Part shown: positions 44,240 through 53,485 of the stretch, one piece after another
How positions within the stretch are numbered: position 1 is the first letter of the stretch
Layout of the letters: the number at the start of each line of letters is the position of its first letter
DNA from: Terracidiphilus sp.
GTDB lineage: Bacteria > Acidobacteriota > Terriglobia > Terriglobales > Acidobacteriaceae
Direction of reading: 5' to 3'
Length of the DNA: 64,000 nt
Assembly: GCA_036267935.1 (NCBI GenBank)
Contig: DATAVC010000020.1
Coordinates: 5,608 to 69,607 of the forward strand
The notes under the pieces: model-generated
Databases searched by the model: none
Told to the model about the DNA's origin: nothing
The model's input: the letters and a program-made list of their open reading frames with translations, nothing else
Position numbers and translations under genes: made by a program

Positions 44240-45340
44240 TTATCGAACCGAGACCGGTTCTCCGCCGCCTGTTGTACCGATTGCCTGAATGATCTCCGGC
44301 GGCAATCCGAAGCGCACGTTTTCCGGCATGACTTCAACTTCTTCGACGCTGGAAAAACCGTTTTGATTCAGATAATTCACCACGTCTTCGACGAGGATCT
44401 CGGGGGCAGATGCTCCCGCCGTTACCGCCACGGTCGATACGCCCTCAAGCCACTTGGGATCGATGGCCTGGGAGTTGTCGATCAGATAGCCGACGGTGCC
44501 AAGATTACGAGAAACTTCGACCAGCCGATTGGAATTGGAGCTGTTGGTCGAACCGACGACGAGCACGAGATTTGCGTTATGCGCGACGTTGCGCACCGCG
44601 ACCTGGCGATTCTCTGTGGCGTAGCAAATGTCCTGGGAGTGCGGTCCGGCAATGTTGGGAAACTTGACCTTGAGTGCGTGAATAATGTCGCGCGCTTCGT
44701 CAAGACTGAGCGTCGTCTGGGTCAGGTAGGCAACGCGATCGGGATCGGGTACAACCAGCGCTTCAACTTCGGCGACGTTGGACACGACTTGTGTCACGTC
44801 GGGCGCCTCGCCCAGAGTGCCTTCGATTTCATCGTGATCGCGGTGGCCGATCAGAACCAGCGAATACCCCTGCTTGGCGAACTTGACGGCCTCGATGTGC
44901 ACCTTGGTGACCAGCGGGCAAGTGGCGTCGATGACCTTGAGGCCGCGGCCCTTGCTGCGGTCCCGCACAGCAGGCGACACGCCGTGGGCCGAGTAGATGA
45001 CGCGCTGTCCATCGGGAACGTCGTCGATCTCATGCACAAAGATGGCGCCTTTTTCGGCTAATTCATTCACAACATACCGGTTATGAACGATTTCGCGGCG
45101 CACGTAGATGGGAGCACCGAAGGTCTCGAGGGCAATTTTGACAATGTCGATGGCGCGTACGACGCCCGCGCAGAACCCGCGCGGTTTCAGCAGCAAAACC
45201 CGCTTCTCGGAGGACGTGGCGGCGCCCAGATTGCCGTTGGGAGTGGTTTCGAGGACAGAAGTCGTCACTTCAACAGTATACCTGTGTGTCGTCAATTTGC
45301 CGATCCGGAGGGGCCCGGGATCAAGGGCTGGTCGACACAT
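44240..45340 (-). CDS. ispH: 4-hydroxy-3-methylbut-2-enyl diphosphate reductase
   Basis: 'LLKPRGFCAGVVRAIDIV', 'VHNRYVV', 'SAHGVSP', 'DATCPLVTKVH' and 'GSTNSSNSNRL'. Start is uncertain (ATG 45340 or GTG 45268); the track ORF over-extends to 45700. Confidence 0.9.
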   Translation of the reverse strand: MCRPALDPGPLRIGKLTTHRYTVEVTTSVLETTPNGNLGAATSSEKRVLLLKPRGFCAGVVRAIDIVKIALETFGAPIYVRREIVHNRYVVNELAEKGAIFVHEIDDVPDGQRVIYSAHGVSPAVRDRSKGRGLKVIDATCPLVTKVHIEAVKFAKQGYSLVLIGHRDHDEIEGTLGEAPDVTQVVSNVAEVEALVVPDPDRVAYLTQTTLSLDEARDIIHALKVKFPNIAGPHSQDICYATENRQVAVRNVAHNANLVLVVGSTNSSNSNRLVEVSRNLGTVGYLIDNSQAIDPKWLEGVSTVAVTAGASAPEILVEDVVNYLNQNGFSSVEEVEVMPENVRFGLPPEIIQAIGTTGGGEPVSVR

Positions 45341-45470
45341 GGTTAACCGGACACGGTTCGCCGGGGTGGGCTTGGTTCGAGGCGATTGAACGCAGAAAAC
45401 GCCCTTTGAAATGAAGAGTTGTTCCTGTCGCAAGCGCGGTTGCGTGTGCTGTCGAGTCAGGAGCGTCGCG

Positions 45471-46247
45471 TCACGCGCTGGTTTCTGTTTCGCGCGAAAC
45501 CCACCAGAGCACTTCGCCGAAGATCTTCCACTTCGAGGCGTTGCTGACGTCGACGGGGGGATATTTGTAATTGGCGCTGACCAGCAAATCCGATCCCGAG
45601 ATTCGTTGAAAGCGCGCGACCTTGAAGCCCAGGTCGCGATGCGACACGACGACGATGCGTTGACGGAGCGCTTCGCGATCTTTCGCAGCGGTGTCGACAA
45701 ACAAGATAGAGCCAGCCGGGATGGCGGGCTGCATTGAATCGCCGGCCAGGTGCATGCCGATCATGTTTTCAGGATGCGGGCACCAATCGAGTGGTGCGAA
45801 AAGAATCTCTTCAACGTCAACCTGCGACAAGCTCACGCTCTTGTGAGGCGGGATGCGGTCGCCCCAGGCAGTCGCATTCAACAGAGGAATGGCGACAGCG
45901 TTGCCCTTGCCTTCGAGATGTTGGGAAGCTTGACGGCCCGCGATGACGTGGAAGTCGCGGTGGCCGATACGCGCGGAGGTCTGTTCCTTGAAGAAGCCGC
46001 TTTCCATCAGGCCCGCCGGATCGAGACCGGCGCGCTCCCAGAAATAGACTGCATCTGGAGGCCGCGCGAGATTGCCGAGCGCTACGTAACTCTCCGCTGT
46101 GGGCTCGTGATGACCGCGGAACCAGCGCGACACTGTCGGCGGCGAGACACCAAGGCGTTCCGCGAGTCCGGCCTGACTCAGCTTCAAATCGTCGAGCAAG
46201 CGACGTATGCGCTCAACCCATTCCGCTGATCTGTCTTGTGCGCTCAA
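45471..46247 (-). CDS. XRE-family HTH repressor with C-terminal S24 (LexA/CI-type) self-cleaving peptidase domain
   Basis: 'LSQAGLAERLGVSPPTVSRWF' HTH. 'GDSMQPAIPAGSILFVD' holds the S24 serine motif, with a downstream Lys in 'GFKVARF'. A possible Ala-Gly cleavage site is in 'VIAGRQ'. Confidence 0.8.
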   Translation of the reverse strand: MSAQDRSAEWVERIRRLLDDLKLSQAGLAERLGVSPPTVSRWFRGHHEPTAESYVALGNLARPPDAVYFWERAGLDPAGLMESGFFKEQTSARIGHRDFHVIAGRQASQHLEGKGNAVAIPLLNATAWGDRIPPHKSVSLSQVDVEEILFAPLDWCPHPENMIGMHLAGDSMQPAIPAGSILFVDTAAKDREALRQRIVVVSHRDLGFKVARFQRISGSDLLVSANYKYPPVDVSNASKWKIFGEVLWWVSRETETSA

Positions 46248-46505
46248 ACGAGCTCCCGCTCAAGGTGTTTCATCTGTGAAATTACGCTAGCTGAATGAGC
46301 AACTTAGCGCGCTTTGGCAGTATCGTAGCAGGCAATGGCCAAGCATCATATGGAGGGTCATTCGGCATCTGAGAGACTGGGGCCTCCTCTTCGCGCGTAG
46401 TCCGGCGAATCGGGGAACAGGGGAACAACGCCGCGCGACAATCTGTATCCCAAGAATGGCCCTGCAGTGCCTGCTGGTGAGCGATGAACTGTGGAGCCGA
46501 GTGTA

Positions 46506-46913
46506 ATGCCGATGGGGTACGCACCTCAGAAGATTTTGATTGTGGATGACGAGGCGCCCGTCGCTGACTCCCTGCAGCTGATTCTTGCGGCCCGCGGGTA
46601 CGATGTGCGGGCAGTGTACTCCGCAGAACAGGCAATTGAAGTGATGGCCGCCTGGCCTCCGAAGCTGGCGATCGTCGACGTCATGCTTCCGCAGATGAAT
46701 GGAATCGAATTGGCCAAGGTGCTGAAGGAGAACTACCCGGAGTGTCGCGTTCTGCTGATCTCAGGCCACCCTGGAACAAGCGAACTGCTGACGGACGCGA
46801 ATGCGCAGGGGACTTCGTTCGAGGTGCTGGCCAAGCCGCTCCATCCCACCTTCATTCTGGACACGGTCTCGGACTTGTTGCCAGAGAAATCGAACGGCGC
46901 GGAGATGAACTAG
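46506..46913 (+). CDS. stand-alone response-regulator receiver domain
   Basis: 'KILIVDDEAPVADSL...LAIVDVMLPQMNGIEL...LLISG...KP' is the REC signature. GGAG lies 9 nt upstream of the ATG at 46506. Confidence 0.85.
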   Translation: MPMGYAPQKILIVDDEAPVADSLQLILAARGYDVRAVYSAEQAIEVMAAWPPKLAIVDVMLPQMNGIELAKVLKENYPECRVLLISGHPGTSELLTDANAQGTSFEVLAKPLHPTFILDTVSDLLPEKSNGAEMN

Positions 46914-46934
46914 GGTCGCGGCGGCGGGTGGGAG

Positions 46935-48617
46935 CTAGTGGCTGGCGGCAATCATCTGTGCGGCGTGCTGCAGGCTTGTGTCGGTCACCTTGGCGCCGGA
47001 GAGCATCCGAGCGACCTCATGCATGCGGGCGCGATCGTCGAGGACGCGGATCTGGGTCTTGGTGCGGCCATGGTCTTCTCTCTTTTCGACCACAAGATGC
47101 TGGCCGGCGAAGGCCGCGATCTGGGGTAAGTGGGTGACGCAGAGAACCTGCTGGCCACGGGCGAGAGCTTTGAGTTTTTGACCGACAGCCTCGGCCGCAC
47201 GGCCTCCGATGCCGATGTCGATTTCATCAAAAACCAGCGTACGTGGAGTGGGATTGTTCTTCTTCGATTTGGAGGAGCCTTCTTCGACGGCGACTTTCAG
47301 TGCGAGCATGACGCGCGACATCTCACCGCCTGAAGCAATCTCATGCAAGGGCTTGAGCGGCTCTCCCGGATTGGTGGAGATGCGGTACTCGACGGTGTCC
47401 CAGCCGTGCGCGGTCCAGTTGTTCTCTTGCTGAGAAGAAGCGACCTCAATTTGAAAACGGACTTTCATGGCGAGGCCATTGATCTGCGTCTCCGCCAGCT
47501 TGGCAAGCTTCACAGCCGCAGCCTTGCGATCGGCGGTCAGCGCAGTGGCCGCCTGCTTGTAGGCCGCCGCCGTCGTGGTGACGGCTGCACGCAGCGTTTT
47601 CAGCATCCCATCGCGATCTTCTACTTCGCTGAGCTTGCGGGCTACGTCTTCGCCGAAAGCGAGGACGTCGGCCACGGACTGACCATATTTACGTTTGAGA
47701 CGGTCCAGCGCCGCGAGGCGGTCTTCGATCTCGCCCAATCGCTCGGGGCTGGCGTTGATGCCTTCTGCATAATCGCGCAGCGTGGCGCCGGCGTCGCCAA
47801 TGGTGGCGCGGGCCGAACCAAGCTGCTGGACCAGGTCATGGAAGCGCGCATCGTAGCGGGCCAGTTCTTCCACATTGCGGATGGCCGCGCGCAGTGCGCC
47901 TTCAGCCGAGGCATTGCCCTCGTAGAGCTGATCGTATGCACTCATCGATGCGGTATAGAGCTTCTCGGCGTTGCCCAGGACACGTTTCTCGGTCTCGAGG
48001 GCTTCATCTTCGCCGGCTTCAAGGCGAGCCGCGTCGATTTCCTTGTGTTGATAGGTCCAGAGATCGACCATGCGCAGGCGATCCTGCTCGCCCTGCAGCA
48101 GGTCATCGAGCTTGCCCTGTGCGTCGCGCCACTGGGCGTGCGCGTCGGCGACGGGTTCCGTCGGCATATTGCCAAAGCGATCGAGGAGCAGGCGCTGCTG
48201 TGCTTCGTCAAAGCTGGAGAGTGTTTCGCTCTGTGCGTGGACCAGGGCAAGTTCTGGCGCGAGTTGGCGAAGAACAGCGACGGTGGCGGGCTGGTTGTTG
48301 ACGAAGACTCGGCCCTTGCCGGTGGAAAGGATTTCGCGGCGCAGAATGATTTCGGTGCCTTCGGCGTCGATTCCGTTCTCTTCGAGAATGGCTTCGGCAG
48401 CCGGGGTGGACTCGAAAACGCAGGCGACGACGGCCTTGTCGGCGCCATGGCGCACCACTTCTGCAGATGCTTTACCACCCATCAACAGCGCCAAAGCATC
48501 TACAAGAATAGACTTGCCCGCGCCGGTCTCTCCGGTGAGCAGGTTCAGGCCCGAGCCAAATGTGGCGATGGCGTGATCGATGACCGCGTAGTTCTCGGCG
48601 CGCAACTCGACGAGCAT
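46935..48617 (-). CDS. recN: DNA repair protein RecN
   Basis: From ATG 48617: 'MLVELRAENYAVIDHA...LLTGETGAGKSILVDAL' (Walker A), a coiled-coil middle, and C-terminal 'ASGGEMSRVMLAL...LVFDEIDIGIGGRAA'. The track ORF over-extends to 48896. Confidence 0.92.
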   Translation of the reverse strand: MLVELRAENYAVIDHAIATFGSGLNLLTGETGAGKSILVDALALLMGGKASAEVVRHGADKAVVACVFESTPAAEAILEENGIDAEGTEIILRREILSTGKGRVFVNNQPATVAVLRQLAPELALVHAQSETLSSFDEAQQRLLLDRFGNMPTEPVADAHAQWRDAQGKLDDLLQGEQDRLRMVDLWTYQHKEIDAARLEAGEDEALETEKRVLGNAEKLYTASMSAYDQLYEGNASAEGALRAAIRNVEELARYDARFHDLVQQLGSARATIGDAGATLRDYAEGINASPERLGEIEDRLAALDRLKRKYGQSVADVLAFGEDVARKLSEVEDRDGMLKTLRAAVTTTAAAYKQAATALTADRKAAAVKLAKLAETQINGLAMKVRFQIEVASSQQENNWTAHGWDTVEYRISTNPGEPLKPLHEIASGGEMSRVMLALKVAVEEGSSKSKKNNPTPRTLVFDEIDIGIGGRAAEAVGQKLKALARGQQVLCVTHLPQIAAFAGQHLVVEKREDHGRTKTQIRVLDDRARMHEVARMLSGAKVTDTSLQHAAQMIAASH

Positions 48618-48888
48618 TCCGTGCGACCCTTTGTGCAACCTGGCCGGCAGTGCAAAAAGGCATCGGCCCGAGCGCAGCATAGCACGAACGACAGGGTTCG
48701 CCGGCTTGCGGTCCTGCGGAGCCATGCGCGGCGGGACCATATCGATAACTTGGGCAGAGACTCGACGTCTGATACCGTGAAGATTGAGGTGAATCGCGAT
48801 TTTTACCTTAGTTTTAGCCATCGTATTCCAGGCTGACGGCGCGGCCGATCCCGCGAGTTCGCCGGTGGCCCAAGGCGCAGGCGCGCTG

Positions 48889-49605
48889 ATGGACATGTTT
48901 CACAACATCGGCTCCATTGCGTTGTGCGTTCTGGCGCTGCTTGCATTTGCCAGTCTTTATTCCTGGACGATCATCTTCGGAAAAATGGGCTCGTTTGGCA
49001 GAGCCACGACGGAGAGCCGCAAGTTTGTTCGAGCTTTTCGCAAGGCCGAGCGCTTGAGCGAGATTTCCACGCTAGCCGATACGTACAAGGCGAGCCCACT
49101 GGCCCAGGTGTTCGAAGAAGTGTACGAAACGTACAAGCGCCAGACGGGTGGATCGGGACCGCCACGCAATATCACGGCCCTGGAACGTTCGGCGCAGACC
49201 GCCGCCAGCGAGTCCATCACCAACATGGAACGCCGCATGACGTGGCTGGCGACGATCGCGGCCACCAGCCCGTTCGTCGGTCTGTTCGGCACCGTGATGG
49301 GCGTTGTGGATGCATTTCATGGACTGGGCACTGCAGGCGCCGCGACTCTGCGCGCGGTAGCACCCGGCATCAGCGAAGCGTTGATCACGACGGCTGCGGG
49401 CCTTTTTGTCGCGGTACCGGCCGTGGTTGCCTACAACCAGTTCACCGCGAAGCTGCGCGTGCTGGCCTCGGCAACGGACGACTTCTGCCGCGAGCTGCTG
49501 AATTCTTTCGACGAGATTCCGAGCGCAGCGCCAACCGCACAGCCTCAGCGGGGAGTCGTGCCCACCGAGGTTGCGCACGAGAGCGGGCGCGGGTTCTTCA
49601 AGTAA
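48889..49605 (+). CDS. tolQ: Tol-Pal system proton-channel protein TolQ (MotA/TolQ/ExbB family)
   Basis: 'WLATIAATSPFVGLFGTVMGVVDAF' and 'ISEALITTAAGLFVAVPAVVAYN' are family motifs. First gene of the tol cluster. Confidence 0.88.
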   Translation: MDMFHNIGSIALCVLALLAFASLYSWTIIFGKMGSFGRATTESRKFVRAFRKAERLSEISTLADTYKASPLAQVFEEVYETYKRQTGGSGPPRNITALERSAQTAASESITNMERRMTWLATIAATSPFVGLFGTVMGVVDAFHGLGTAGAATLRAVAPGISEALITTAAGLFVAVPAVVAYNQFTAKLRVLASATDDFCRELLNSFDEIPSAAPTAQPQRGVVPTEVAHESGRGFFK

Positions 49606-49653
49606 CGCCGGCGCAGGCGCACACAACGAGCGCAGAGCGCAAAGAGGGTCGAA

Positions 49654-50091
49654 GTGGCATTTACCGCGTCTTCAGGACAAACCCGGACATCGCTGGCGGA
49701 GATCAACATCACGCCGCTGGTGGACGTTGTCCTCGTGCTGCTGGTGATCTTTATGATCACGGCACCGGTATTGCAGTCGGGCATTGAAGTGGCGGTGCCG
49801 AAGACCAAGACCGTCAAGGAAATTACCGAGCAGCGCACCGTAGTGACGATCGACCGCGATGCCCAGGTCTTTCTTGGCGACAAGATCGTCAACATCCACG
49901 ACCTTCCGCAGCTGCTGAAACAACAGGGCGGCGGCGACTCCTCGAAGAAGGTGATCTACCTGCGCGCGGATGGGCGGGTAAGCTTCGGCAACTTTGCCAC
50001 GCTGATGGATGCGGTGAAGCAAGCCGGCATCACCAACATCTCGATCGTGACCCAGCCGCTGGATACCAAGGGTCGCGCGGGTGCCGAGTAA
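49654..50091 (+). CDS. tolR: Tol-Pal system protein TolR (ExbD/TolR family)
   Basis: GTG start. 'LAEINITPLVDVVLVLLVIFMITAP' is the ExbD/TolR TM motif. Confidence 0.88.
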   Translation: MAFTASSGQTRTSLAEINITPLVDVVLVLLVIFMITAPVLQSGIEVAVPKTKTVKEITEQRTVVTIDRDAQVFLGDKIVNIHDLPQLLKQQGGGDSSKKVIYLRADGRVSFGNFATLMDAVKQAGITNISIVTQPLDTKGRAGAE

Positions 50092-50097
50092 TTAGCC

Positions 50098-50889
50098 ATG
50101 AGCGTCCTGCTGGAAAGAACGAAGCACCTTGAAGACGAGCTGACGCCCGATCCAGTGATGGCGCCTGCCACCGGCTCGGTGATGCTGCACCTGGCGCTGG
50201 CTGGAGCCGTCCTCTTTTACGGCGTGCTCGGCGGGTTCTTCCATCGCAACATGTGGGGCAGCCCTGGGGCCGGAGGGTCGATCCAGGTCAACCTGGTGAG
50301 CAGTGCCCTTCCCTTGCCGTCGAATCAGCCTGTCAACCAGAATGTGCTTTCGACGGAGACGCCGAGCCAGGCGCCGGCGCCTCCCACGCCCAAGGCCAAA
50401 CAGGCCGAGGACGACACCGCGATCCCGATCGCCGGCAAGCAGAAAAAGCAGGAGCACGAAACCGCTCCCAAGACGCCGCCGAAGCAGCAACAGCCTACTC
50501 CGACGAATAAGGCGGCCTATGGCGAGCAGGCGGGTTCGTCGATCCCCCGGGCTACGCAGCCGAGCCTTTCTACCGGCCCGACCTCGGTGACCAACGGTGA
50601 TTTCGGCAGCCGTTTTGGGTGGTATGTGGAGGGGATCAGTCGTAAGATGTCAGCCAACTGGTACAAGGCGCTGGTGGATCAGAGTACGCCGCGCGGTGCG
50701 CGTGCTTACATTGATTTCACGATCGCGCGCGACGGCTCCGTCACCACCGTACGGCTCGATCGCTCCAGCGGCAGCCCGACGCTTGACAGTTCGTGTCAGC
50801 GGGCGGCCCAGCGTGCCGATAATTTCGGGTCGCTGCCGGCCGGTTACAACCAAAGTACCTTGCTGGTTTCCTACTACTGCGAATACTAG
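50098..50889 (+). CDS. TolA-like / TonB-C-terminal-domain energy transducer
   Basis: N-terminal TM, a Pro/Lys/Gln-rich linker 'PAPPTPKAKQ...KTPPKQQQPTP', and a C-terminal TonB_C-like domain 'YIDFTIARDGSVTTVRLDRSSGSPTLDSSCQRAA'. Its position is between tolR and tolB. Confidence 0.7.
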   Translation: MSVLLERTKHLEDELTPDPVMAPATGSVMLHLALAGAVLFYGVLGGFFHRNMWGSPGAGGSIQVNLVSSALPLPSNQPVNQNVLSTETPSQAPAPPTPKAKQAEDDTAIPIAGKQKKQEHETAPKTPPKQQQPTPTNKAAYGEQAGSSIPRATQPSLSTGPTSVTNGDFGSRFGWYVEGISRKMSANWYKALVDQSTPRGARAYIDFTIARDGSVTTVRLDRSSGSPTLDSSCQRAAQRADNFGSLPAGYNQSTLLVSYYCEY

Positions 50890-51007
50890 AACTATTGGGC
50901 CGCATCCAACTAAAATAGGATGACCGCATCGGCGTCTCTCCGCTTGCAAGGAAACCGTCCTGCTCGATGCGCCCGCACCACTCAGCCGAGGAAGGATTGC
51001 GTACTGC

Positions 51008-52351
51008 ATGAGGTTTGATTCCCGGTTTTTATTCCCCGTTCTTACTCTTCTCGCAAGCCTTCAGTGCCTTCCATCGCAGGCGCAGGACTGGGTCCGCATC
51101 GGGTCCAATCTCGGCAACACAAAGATTCGCATTGCGGCCGCCGATTTCAAGCCGGTAGGCGACGATCCGCAGACCCCTTCACTCAAAGCCGAGTTCGATT
51201 CCACACTCTACGGTGATTTGGGCAGCGCGGGTATCTTCGACCTGGTTTCGAAGAGCTTTGCGCCTCCAGGTACGCCGGGATCGCCACAGGAGATCAGCCT
51301 GTCGCAGTGGTCTGCTCCTCCGGCCAGCGCAGCCATGGTCGCTTTCGGCGCGCTCTCGGTGAGCAACGGCAGGCTGGTGGTGTACGGATGGCTTGACGAC
51401 ACCAGCAACACCTCCAATCCCCAGGTGCTGGGCAAGCAGTACAACGAAGCGGCAAGCCAGGATATGGCGCGCACGATCGCGCACCGCTTCGCCGATGAGA
51501 TCATTGCGCGCCTGGGCGGACTGGCCGGCATCGCGGAGACGAAGGTCTACTTCATCAGCTCGCGGACCGGTTCGAAAGAAGTCTGGGTGATGGACTACGA
51601 CGGGGCCAATCAGCATGCCGTCACGCACCTGGGCAGCATCTCGCTCTCGCCGCGCGTGTCGCCGGACAACTCGCGTGTTGCCTTTGCGACGCTGGGGCGG
51701 GAAGGCTGGGCGGTGCGCATGTACTCGCTGGACCTGGGACGGTTAGTGGCTTTCCCTGCCGGCACCGCGGGCGGTTCGAACCAGTCGCCGGCGTGGAGCG
51801 GCGATGGAGCGAAGGTCGCGTTCTCTTCTTCCCGCAGTGGCGATCCGGAGATCTGGGTGGCGGATTCGGCCAGCGGAAATCCGCGCCGCGTCACCTACTT
51901 CAAGGGACCTGACGTATCGCCCACGTGGAATCCGAAGACCAACGCGCAGCTGGCGTGGGTGAGCGGGCGGACCGGTCTACCGCAGATCTACACTATGGAT
52001 CAGGATGGGGCGAATGTGCAGCGGCTGACCGACGGCGGCTATGCGGTTTCGCCTTCCTGGTCGCCGAATGGCCAGTTTCTGACGTTCAGCTGGAATCGCA
52101 AGTATGGGCCGGGAGCTCCGGGTGGCCAGGATATCTACATCATGGATATCGCCACCAAGCGCTGGCAGCAACTGACGCACGACGCCGGGACGAACGATTT
52201 TCCGTCGTGGGCTCCGGATGGACGACATATCGTCTTCGAGCGCAAGCAGGGCGGCCGCACCGAGATCTGGACGATGCTGGCCGATGGAACCGATCAGCAT
52301 GCGTTGACCCGTTCTGGGAACAATTTCATGCCCAATTGGAGCTGGAAGTGA
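51008..52351 (+). CDS. tolB: Tol-Pal system beta-propeller protein TolB
   Basis: Signal peptide, an N-terminal TolB domain, and repeated 'SP.WSPDG..(I/L)AF' propeller blades ('SPAWSGDGAKVAF', 'SPSWSPNGQFLTF', 'FPSWAPDGRHIVF'). Confidence 0.88.
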   Translation: MRFDSRFLFPVLTLLASLQCLPSQAQDWVRIGSNLGNTKIRIAAADFKPVGDDPQTPSLKAEFDSTLYGDLGSAGIFDLVSKSFAPPGTPGSPQEISLSQWSAPPASAAMVAFGALSVSNGRLVVYGWLDDTSNTSNPQVLGKQYNEAASQDMARTIAHRFADEIIARLGGLAGIAETKVYFISSRTGSKEVWVMDYDGANQHAVTHLGSISLSPRVSPDNSRVAFATLGREGWAVRMYSLDLGRLVAFPAGTAGGSNQSPAWSGDGAKVAFSSSRSGDPEIWVADSASGNPRRVTYFKGPDVSPTWNPKTNAQLAWVSGRTGLPQIYTMDQDGANVQRLTDGGYAVSPSWSPNGQFLTFSWNRKYGPGAPGGQDIYIMDIATKRWQQLTHDAGTNDFPSWAPDGRHIVFERKQGGRTEIWTMLADGTDQHALTRSGNNFMPNWSWK

Positions 52352-52598
52352 AGCTCGTCACTGAGGCCAAGGGTAGTTGTTGAACTATCATGAGTATCGA
52401 TGAGACGAATCTCGAGGGAATCCATCTGGATCGATCTCACAACCTGTAATTCGAATCCGCAGAGACCCAGGGTTGCATGCGGACTCAAAAACGAGAAAGC
52501 GGTCCGGACGATGCGATTGCCACGGCCTGTGAGTGGGCGGTCCACTCTTAAGAACAGGCACTGATCGCTTCATAAAGGAACCGCGGAAGGAGCCAATT

Positions 52599-53333
52599 TT
52601 GAATCGACGTTTTCGCGTTTTAGCCCCTGTACTTCTCCTTGTTGTCATGGTTGCCATCGCTGGTTGCAAGAAGAAACAGCCGCCACCACCCGCGGCCACG
52701 GCACCACCGCCATCGCCCGCTCCGACAGCGCAGATCACGGCGACGCCGTCGCGTATCTCGGCCGGTGAGCAGGTCACTGTGAGCTGGCGCACGACCGATG
52801 CCAGCAGCGCGGTGATCGATGGACTCGGCGATGTGCCGACCAGCGGCACCAAGACTGTGACGCCTTCGTCTTCCACCACCTATCGCCTCGTGGCACGCGG
52901 CGACGGCGGCACGGCAGACGCGAGCGCCGAAGTCACGGTGGTTCCACCGCCTCCGGTTTCGCAGCCTTCGCACACGATGTCGGCTGAAGAGGAGTTTCGC
53001 GCCAACGTGCACGACGTCTTCTTCGACTACGACGCCTACGATATTCGTTCGGACGCGCAGTCTACGTTGTCGCAGGATGCGTCGTACCTGGCAAGCCACG
53101 CGAACGTGAAGGTCGTCATTGGCGGCTATTGCGACGAGCGCGGCTCTGACGAGTACAACCTCGCGCTGGGCCAGAATCGCGCCAACGCGACCAAGAATGC
53201 GCTCGTTACCGCGGGCATCGCGGCTGATCGCATTCGTGTCGTCAGCTATGGCAAAGAGAAGCCCTTCTGCTCGGATTCGAGCGAGCAGTGCTGGCAGCAG
53301 AACCGCCGCGCCGGCTTCTCTCTCGACCAGTAA
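52599..53333 (+). CDS. pal: peptidoglycan-associated lipoprotein (OmpA-family) with an extra N-terminal domain
   Basis: TTG at 52599 is preceded by GGAAGGAG with 5-nt spacing. Lipobox 'VAIAGC'. C-terminal 'VHDVFFDYDAYDIR...GYCDERGSDEYNLALGQNRANA' is the OmpA/Pal motif. Confidence 0.85.
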   Translation: MNRRFRVLAPVLLLVVMVAIAGCKKKQPPPPAATAPPPSPAPTAQITATPSRISAGEQVTVSWRTTDASSAVIDGLGDVPTSGTKTVTPSSSTTYRLVARGDGGTADASAEVTVVPPPPVSQPSHTMSAEEEFRANVHDVFFDYDAYDIRSDAQSTLSQDASYLASHANVKVVIGGYCDERGSDEYNLALGQNRANATKNALVTAGIAADRIRVVSYGKEKPFCSDSSEQCWQQNRRAGFSLDQ

Positions 53334-53485
53334 ACAGGTGCGGCGGTATCGCAGCGCGCGCTACCGCCGCCTCGCTCCTTCAACGCATGCGTTGGTGACG
53401 TTGCGGAGCTAACCGAGAATTCAACGGAGAAAGAAATCAGACCTCCGGTTGTCGAGGCCTTTCCTCTTCTCCTGACAGGTGAAGG

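Noticed and set aside
52450-52458. TTCGAATCC (tRNA T-loop-like string) in the tolB-pal spacer.
   Set aside because: The flanking bases do not form a T-stem or an acceptor stem, and no cloverleaf can be drawn.
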